64,000 nucleotides of DNA from the human T2T-CHM13v2.0 reference genome, Homo sapiens, in assembly GCF_009914755.1 (NCBI RefSeq), contig NC_060933.1, one strand, 5' to 3'. Below, piece after piece: positions 57,791 through 64,000 of the stretch. Every line of letters begins with the position of its first letter. The first letter of the stretch is position 1. A program made the translations under genes and the position numbers. The notes beneath the pieces are model-generated. The model worked only from the letters and a program-made list of their open reading frames with translations. It had not been told where the DNA came from and made no database searches.

Positions 57791-58199
57791 TGTAACCCAG
57801 AGAGTTAACTTCAGATTTTACGGCTTGAAATTCTCTCAATTTTAGCAACAATTACTTCTTCTTTCTAGGATAAAAGTCCTATCTCCCCAAGGTACTACAG
57901 TTAATTCCTTTTGGCCCCAGAGGTCAATTTTCAAATATCTCTTACCCCTAAGTCTTCCGAAACAAACAAACACAATAACAACAAAACAAAACAAAACAAC
58001 AACAACAAAAAACCTTAAGAGGCTCAATAATGGAAGAGAAAAGCACTGATGCTACTTTAAGTGAAGGAAAGGCATCCATGCACAAAAAATGGCTTGCTGC
58101 AGGCCACAGCAAAAGGTACCACCATTTATTAGAGCTGTCTCATTAACCTTATACCAGTCCGATCTTTAGAAAAGCCAGATATTGCATTTTTAAAACTAT

Positions 58200-58417
58200 C
58201 AGCCTGGGCAGCATAGCGAGACTCTATCTCTGAAAAAAATAAACAAATATCTGGGTGTGGTGCCATGTGCCTATTGTCCCAGCTACTCAGGAGGCTGAGG
58301 CAGGAGGATTGCTTGAGCTAGGAGTTTGAGGCTGCAGTGAGCTATGATCACACTACTGCACTCCAGCCTGGGCGACAGAGGAAGATCCTGTCTCAAAAAG
58401 ACAAATAAAAATAAAAA
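58200..58417 (+). mobile_element. 5'-truncated AluJ
   Basis: gagtttgaggctgcagtgagctatgatcacactactgcactccagcc. Confidence 0.9.
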
Positions 58418-60817
58418 TGATCCCATTTACATTAGAAAAGAACTGATTCCTGAGTCATCAATTTTGCTGCTGTGTAATTCCTCTTTCTCTAAACAGTGTA
58501 TTTACCTGGTAATTCCTCATATTATTAAACTTTCTTGTGAGACATTTACATCCCTGGTCTTACTTGCAAATATAAAGGATGATGACTTTTTTTTAAACCA
58601 AAATCTCTTAGAATGGCTTTTAAATTCCCTAAGTACTTTTCTCAGAAAGACATTTGGCATAACAAATAAGAGAGTAAAGAACTAAGATTCAAAATTCATT
58701 TTTATAAATCTATCCTTAAATCTTGGATGACAGCCAACAACCAACCTCACATTAAAATCTTAGAAGGCTTGACTTGAAGAACATGGGGAAATTTACTTTA
58801 CATAGACAGCTTCAAGAGCACCTTGTCTATATATCATTAAATAAGATACATGGGAAGAAAAAAAAGCATATGTGGATAGCCCTAGTTTTATTATTTTCAC
58901 AACGATATCATGCAATCTTTGCCCATAAAAGAAAGCAAAACAAAAATTTTAAAAAAGAAAAATAAATCTCTGGTGCCAACATGTTGTATATTTACTTGTG
59001 TAGCCATGACTGCTACGGGCTTTTCGAAGAGAACCGGGCAGCCAGTTTGGATTCCGACAATGCAGTAGAATTTAAGGTGTTATGACTAAAACATGTCCTA
59101 AGCAGATTAAGCTAGTCATACAACATTTTAATAAAGAAGTGTCGAGATATTAAGTGTAAAGTGCACTCATTCCTATGAATACCGCAGGAGAAACATAGGT
59201 GAGGGGGAATCACACTGCCCTGGATACACATGAATATGCCATCTCCCTGCCTACCTCTACCCAACCCTACCTACACACACCTATCTTTACCACGCAGAGA
59301 CAATTAAACAGCCATAGACTCTGGATGCATTTCTGTGTCCTTGTTCCCACTGGGTGAGTTGTTGCCAGCCTGACATTTTTCCAAATTCCCTACTAGTGGG
59401 CTCTATCAGGTAGGAAAGCAGGGACTTTACTGACCTGGGACCCCATCGCTGTGGGTCTCAGGAGATTTCAGTTTCCAAATGATACACGGCACCACCTAGC
59501 TATTGTGACAGCTGGGAGAGTGGATGTCACCAGCAGTAGAAATAAAGTATCCTGTTTCCTGAGGAAAACGCCCTGGCTGTGTGATGCTGACCAAGTGGGC
59601 ACCAAACATTTCTCCGTGTGATATTTTTCTTCTTTTTAAAAGACCGCCCCCCGCCCCACCGCATCTCTCTATACGTATACACCTCCAGAGTTCATTCTAA
59701 AAGAACCAACACAAAGACCATCCATCCTCTAGCCATAAGGTTTTCAGTGCTTAAATGTGGAAGGAGAAGGTCTAGCTAGCATTGAAAGTTGTGGGGACAG
59801 GAAGAGGAATCTGATCATTCAACATCCTTCTCCTTCTGGTCAGACAAGAGAAAAACAATAGAAACTGCACAGTCAGGGAGTACAAGACCCTTATGGAACA
59901 GGTGCTAAGGAGATAAGTAGTATCACAGGATGGAAGGCCCCTTCAAAACCAGGTACACTAGCAAGCCCAGAATGTGTAACGGTTATCCTATTTCCCTGCC
60001 ATGTGCCTCAAAGCAACATGCTCACTTCCACATCCCCATGTCATGAGGCCAGAGGAAGGGGAAGCGAGAATCCCTACACTGGGCCATCCACACGCAGGAG
60101 CAGAACAGACACTGTGCTCAGAGTTGCAGGGTCAAAATAACAAACACTGTCCCACAGTCTTAGCCGGTGACATCAAGTAAGGGCAGCGGCAGATCTCTGG
60201 ATTTGGGGCGCAGTTTGGGGAACGTGGATGCAACCACACGCGTACACACACATATACAGGATTTTACAAACCGGCCCCTATCCCACTGCCTCCCTCCACA
60301 CTTCACACACCAAGTGCATCCTGCCCACCTCACCGTTTCCATCATCACATTCTTTCTCCAGGAGAGTCAGCCGAGAGATGAGGGGGTCCTAGCGGGGATT
60401 CCTGGAAATGTCACCCCCCAACACCTCCGTCCGCCACCCCATCCCCTCTGCTGTACCTTTTACACACACACTCTCACACACTCACTCCTGCCATGACTGT
60501 CATCAGGCCCGCCTGCTGCGCCCGAAGCCCGGCATCTCAGCGGGCACCGGACCCCAGGCGTCTCGCTCGCAACGCCGCCTTCCCCCGCCTCGCTAGCTGA
60601 TGGTTCCAGGCACTGCCTCCTGGATGTCGCCTGCTGCCTCCGCTCCTCCGCACTATTGTTCCAGGCAGCCCCTCTCGCGTCCGGGGGCGCCCTTTGGCGA
60701 GGACCCGGGCTCCGTCGGGGGCCGCATCAGCGCCGGGCACCCCTTCTCACCCACCCCTCCCTGGCTGTGGTACCTTGCCTGACAGCTGGGTCCGCGGGCC
60801 CGCGGGAGCAGGCGGCG

Positions 60818-60889
60818 CTAGTGACAGCGCTGGTGCCAAGCCTGGGAATAAAGCTCCGCTCCAGCCGCTGCTGCCTCCAGCGCCACCAT
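60818..60889 (-). other. Candidate upstream ORF MVALEAAAAGAELYSQAWHQRCH* (23 aa)
   Basis: gagAAGATGG strong Kozak (A-3, G+4); TAG stop lies before the splice donor. Confidence 0.45.
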
Positions 60890-60906
60890 CTTCTCCCGCC
60901 GCAGCT

Positions 60907-60927
60907 GCCGCCGCCGCCGCCGCCGCC
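60907..60927 (-). repeat. (GGC)7 trinucleotide repeat in putative 5'UTR
   Basis: (gcc)7 on the + strand. Confidence 0.95.
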
Positions 60928-62506
60928 GGGACCGCAGCCGCCCTCGCCCAGCTCCGGCTCCGCAGCCGCTGCTCGGACCCCTCCGGTCTCGCGGCCCCAC
61001 CCCCTTTCCCCACCCTCCCTCCCGCCCTCCAGCTAGCTCGCTGGCCCCTCGTGACGCGCGCTGGGGCCGGGCGGGCCTGCGAGGGAGGGCGCGGGGGAGC
61101 GCGCGCGCGCACGCCGCCTGCTAGTAGCGCCCCTGCCTCCCACGCCCACTCGCGTGCGCGCGCGGCCCGCGAGCCCGCGGCGGCGGCGGCGGCACCGCTG
61201 ATGTCCTCCGTGGGCCGCCGGCTGCAGCGCCCCTGCCCCGGCGCCGGTGGGCGTGCGGCACACCCGCGCCTCTCGCCTTCCCTCGCGTCCGGGTTCCGAA
61301 GGGCCCGCCCTGCCTTTCGGAATGGGTTCCACAGCCCCATCCTCTGGCTCCCGGCCGGACGCAAGGAGGGGAAAATGCAGCTGCATCCCCGAGGGGACTG
61401 ACGGGGGCCTCCACCCTCCTCGGTGGCAACCCAGGTGGTCCCCAGTTTCCTAGCCAGCAGCTGTGGCCAACCTCTGCGCGAAGCAACGGGCCACGCTGCA
61501 GGACCACGAAGCCAGGCAGCCGCGTCGACTCCTGCAGGGTGTTCTCTCCGGAGTGACTCCCGAGCTTTCCCGCTTCCCAGGCCCCTTAGATATCGCCTGC
61601 GCTTCAAATTCGGAGATTGACGGCGTCTCCGGAATGCGTCGCAGTCCTGCGAGTTCTCCGCCAGGGGGAGAGCCGCGCGGGCTTGGGCCTGAGCGAAGAC
61701 AGCCGGGCTGCAGCCCTCCAGGGGAACTGCCGAGTCCCGCCGGGGACAGCGGAGAGCCTGCGGATTGTGAAGCCGAGGAAGGCTCGGCTTGGTTTTCCTA
61801 CCCGCTCCTCAGTTCTGGTTGATCGGAACTTAAGAGTGTCTTTGAGCCTAGCACAGGCCATCCGCCCTAGATATGGCTCCTAACTCGAGAGGCCACCCTT
61901 TGCGGCAGGGACCAGGTGGCAAGTGCTGTGCATTAATGAAAAGCTGTGGGCTAGACAGGCCCCGGGAGGCCTGGGCTCTGGCGCCAGCCCCACCTGTAAT
62001 TGGCAATGCAATAGCTAAATCATTCCCCCTCTTAGAAACACAGATTTTTCCATAATAATGTTATAATGCACAAAGCCTTGTAGTTTGCAAAGCCCTCTCC
62101 GCACATGTATTCTCCAGTAAAATGAAGATAAGCGCTGGTTATCCAGATCCCTTGGGAAATGGATCTTTTACCACACCGTGTTTCCATATTATTTTAAGCA
62201 CGTCTCTAGAGAAGTCTGGGGGTGTAGCCTAAAGCATTCTGAAAGTCTTGTTTTAGCTTTAAAATTCATATGAATTTTGCATTGTACTTTGTAATTTTTT
62301 TTTGCTTTAATAAAACAATAGCTACCTTCTCAAAAAGATTTTAGTAAAATTTAAAATTATATACTAGGAAGATGTCTGCTTGTCCTGTGACATTACTCAT
62401 ATTTTTTCCGGTGAATACTTATTTGGCATATGTACGAGCCAGACATGGTCCTTTTCCACCAGAGCTCACAGTACGCTGAAGGAAATAGGTATTCAACTAT
62501 CAGACT

Positions 62507-62793
62507 GGCCAGGCGCGGTGGCTCACGCCTGTAATCCCAGCACTTTGGGAGGCTGAGTCCAGCAGATCACTTTAGGCCAAAAGTTTGAGATCAGCCTGGT
62601 CAACATGGCGAAACCCTGTCTCTACTAAAAACACAAAAATTAGCCGGGCGTGTTGGTGCACGCCTGTAATCCTAGCTACTCGGGAAGCTGAGGCACGAGA
62701 ATGCTTGAACCGGGAGGCGGAGGTTGCAGTGAGCCGAGATCGCGCTACTGCACTCCAGCCTTGGTGTCTCAAAAAACAAACAAACAAATAAAA
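62507..62793 (+). mobile_element. AluS element
   Basis: Dimer with a small 3' deletion; TSD atcagact. Confidence 0.93.
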
Positions 62794-64000
62794 CAATCAG
62801 ACTAAGTGCAACTGTGATAAATTCTCAACTGCAAAGGCGCTAAGGTGCACGGGAAAACCTAATGTGGACTCTGGGACTAGGTAAGGCTTTCTAAGGAAAT
62901 GACATTTCAGATCCCCCAGGAGAGGCAGCATTGAGACACTTCCAGGTAAAGGGAAGGAAATGTGAAAAGGCCCAAGCAGGTGGGGCCGAAGTGAGATGAG
63001 ACTGGAGAGGCAGGCAGACTTTGTGGACCGTTTTTAAATAATGATTTTGTCTTATGAGCCTGGAAAGTCAATGAAGGGTTGCCAAGAGTTGGGAGCAGGC
63101 AAGCAGGATCACATTTCCGTTCCTGAAAGATGGCTGAGGTGGTTTGTGAGGAACTGATTCGTGGAGGGTCAGGATCCAGGGCGGAGAGAGTCTGAGCTTA
63201 TCCTACTTAGTGAGTGTTTAGGGTTTTCTGTTTTTGCACTAACTGCTCTTTTGATTGTTTTTAGTTCTTGCCTCTGCTCTCCTGTGTACGCATCTAGGAG
63301 GCTTTCAGAGTGCTTCTCTGTAATAGTTTCTGTTTTGTTACTTTTAATCCACTGCAGTTTTAGGAAGGAAATGAACCCTGTTAGAATTTCAGGTTAAATA
63401 AGAGAATATAGGTTCTGAGTGAGAGGCTCTTTTCTGTGCATACACTTATTGCCATTTGGTTTGCTATCTCAGAGATCTTTCTGCTTATTTTCTACTTTTT
63501 GTGTTGCCTTTCCAGTTAGACTAGGTTCTTAGATGCATGAATAAGGGTTACATTATTGCTTTAATAATATCCTGGAATCTTACCTCGCAGGATTTTTGTG
63601 TAAAGAAAGTTATGTGAAATTTCTCTGCAAAGTATTCAGTGCCATATAAAGAAAGGTAATAATTGTTAGTTATAATGGTAGCTTAGAGACCTCCAAAACT
63701 AATTACTTACCAAATGTTCATATGTGGAAATTTCCCTCCCTCCCCCACCCCCATGAAAAACACATATTCCTATTTCTTCTGGATAGCATGAATCATTGTC
63801 TTAAGTGCTCTTGTTACTCTGTGCCTTCGCTGGCAGGAAACTCAAAGCCAAATTTTCAGATCATTGTAGGAAATGAGTGGATCCATATGGCATGTAGATC
63901 CATGTCTTAATCCCTCCTTTGGTCTTGTTCTATTCTATTTATAGATTTCCTGTGCCTGCTTTATTGATGTTTTTCTTTTTAGTAGATCTCTTATAAGGCA

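Larger units (their letters stand above)
60774..61000 (-). other. Probable first (non-coding) exon of a minus-strand gene; TSS approximate
   Basis: Minus-strand donor CAGGCAAG|gtacca at 60774/60773 (alternative TGG|gtgaga at 60751/60750); GGC-rich leader; antisense bias of L1/LTRs downstream. Confidence 0.6.
60505..61800. promoter_or_regulatory. CpG-island promoter
   Basis: Abrupt rise in GC and CpG density; GC boxes; (CG)n tracts at 61098-61113 and 61151-61163; CGG tracts. Confidence 0.92.

Noticed and set aside
60505-61800. Assigning a gene symbol to the host gene
   Set aside because: No coding exon is in the window and I do not recognise the leader sequence; BLAT would settle it
60537-61883. 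Long overlapping ORFs (up to 286 aa) in the CpG island
   Set aside because: All frames are open because GC-rich DNA is stop-poor. Products are low-complexity Ala/Arg/Pro/Gly, mostly with non-ATG starts and no recognisable domain

Overview
Human (primate) genomic DNA. An AluYb-lineage insertion at 45443-45747 points specifically to human. The window looks like the 5' end of a large minus-strand gene that I cannot name with confidence. It has a CpG-island promoter and first exon at ~60.5-61.8 kb, carrying a (GGC)7 tract and a strong-Kozak 23-codon uORF. About 60 kb of repeat-rich intron follows, with one candidate 104-nt non-coding exon (36709-36812). No host protein-coding exon is supported. 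The listed ORFs are Alu/L1/L2/microsatellite read-throughs or GC-rich stop-poor frames. The intron holds a decayed ERV1 provirus (3' LTR and env TM remnant), several L1s with large internal deletions, many Alus, MaLR/ERVL LTRs, L2/MIR and hAT MITEs. I do not see a new gene system. The most unusual signals are mutational scars: (1) a cluster of templated insertion and template-switch events next to a four-tetrad G-quadruplex motif at 29.0-31.3 kb, (2) a fold-back scar inside an Alu, (3) a tailless Alu with a TSD, and (4) a bidirectional promoter flanked by oppositely oriented CGG tracts. Repeat subfamily names are from recall of consensus sequences and need RepeatMasker/Dfam confirmation.
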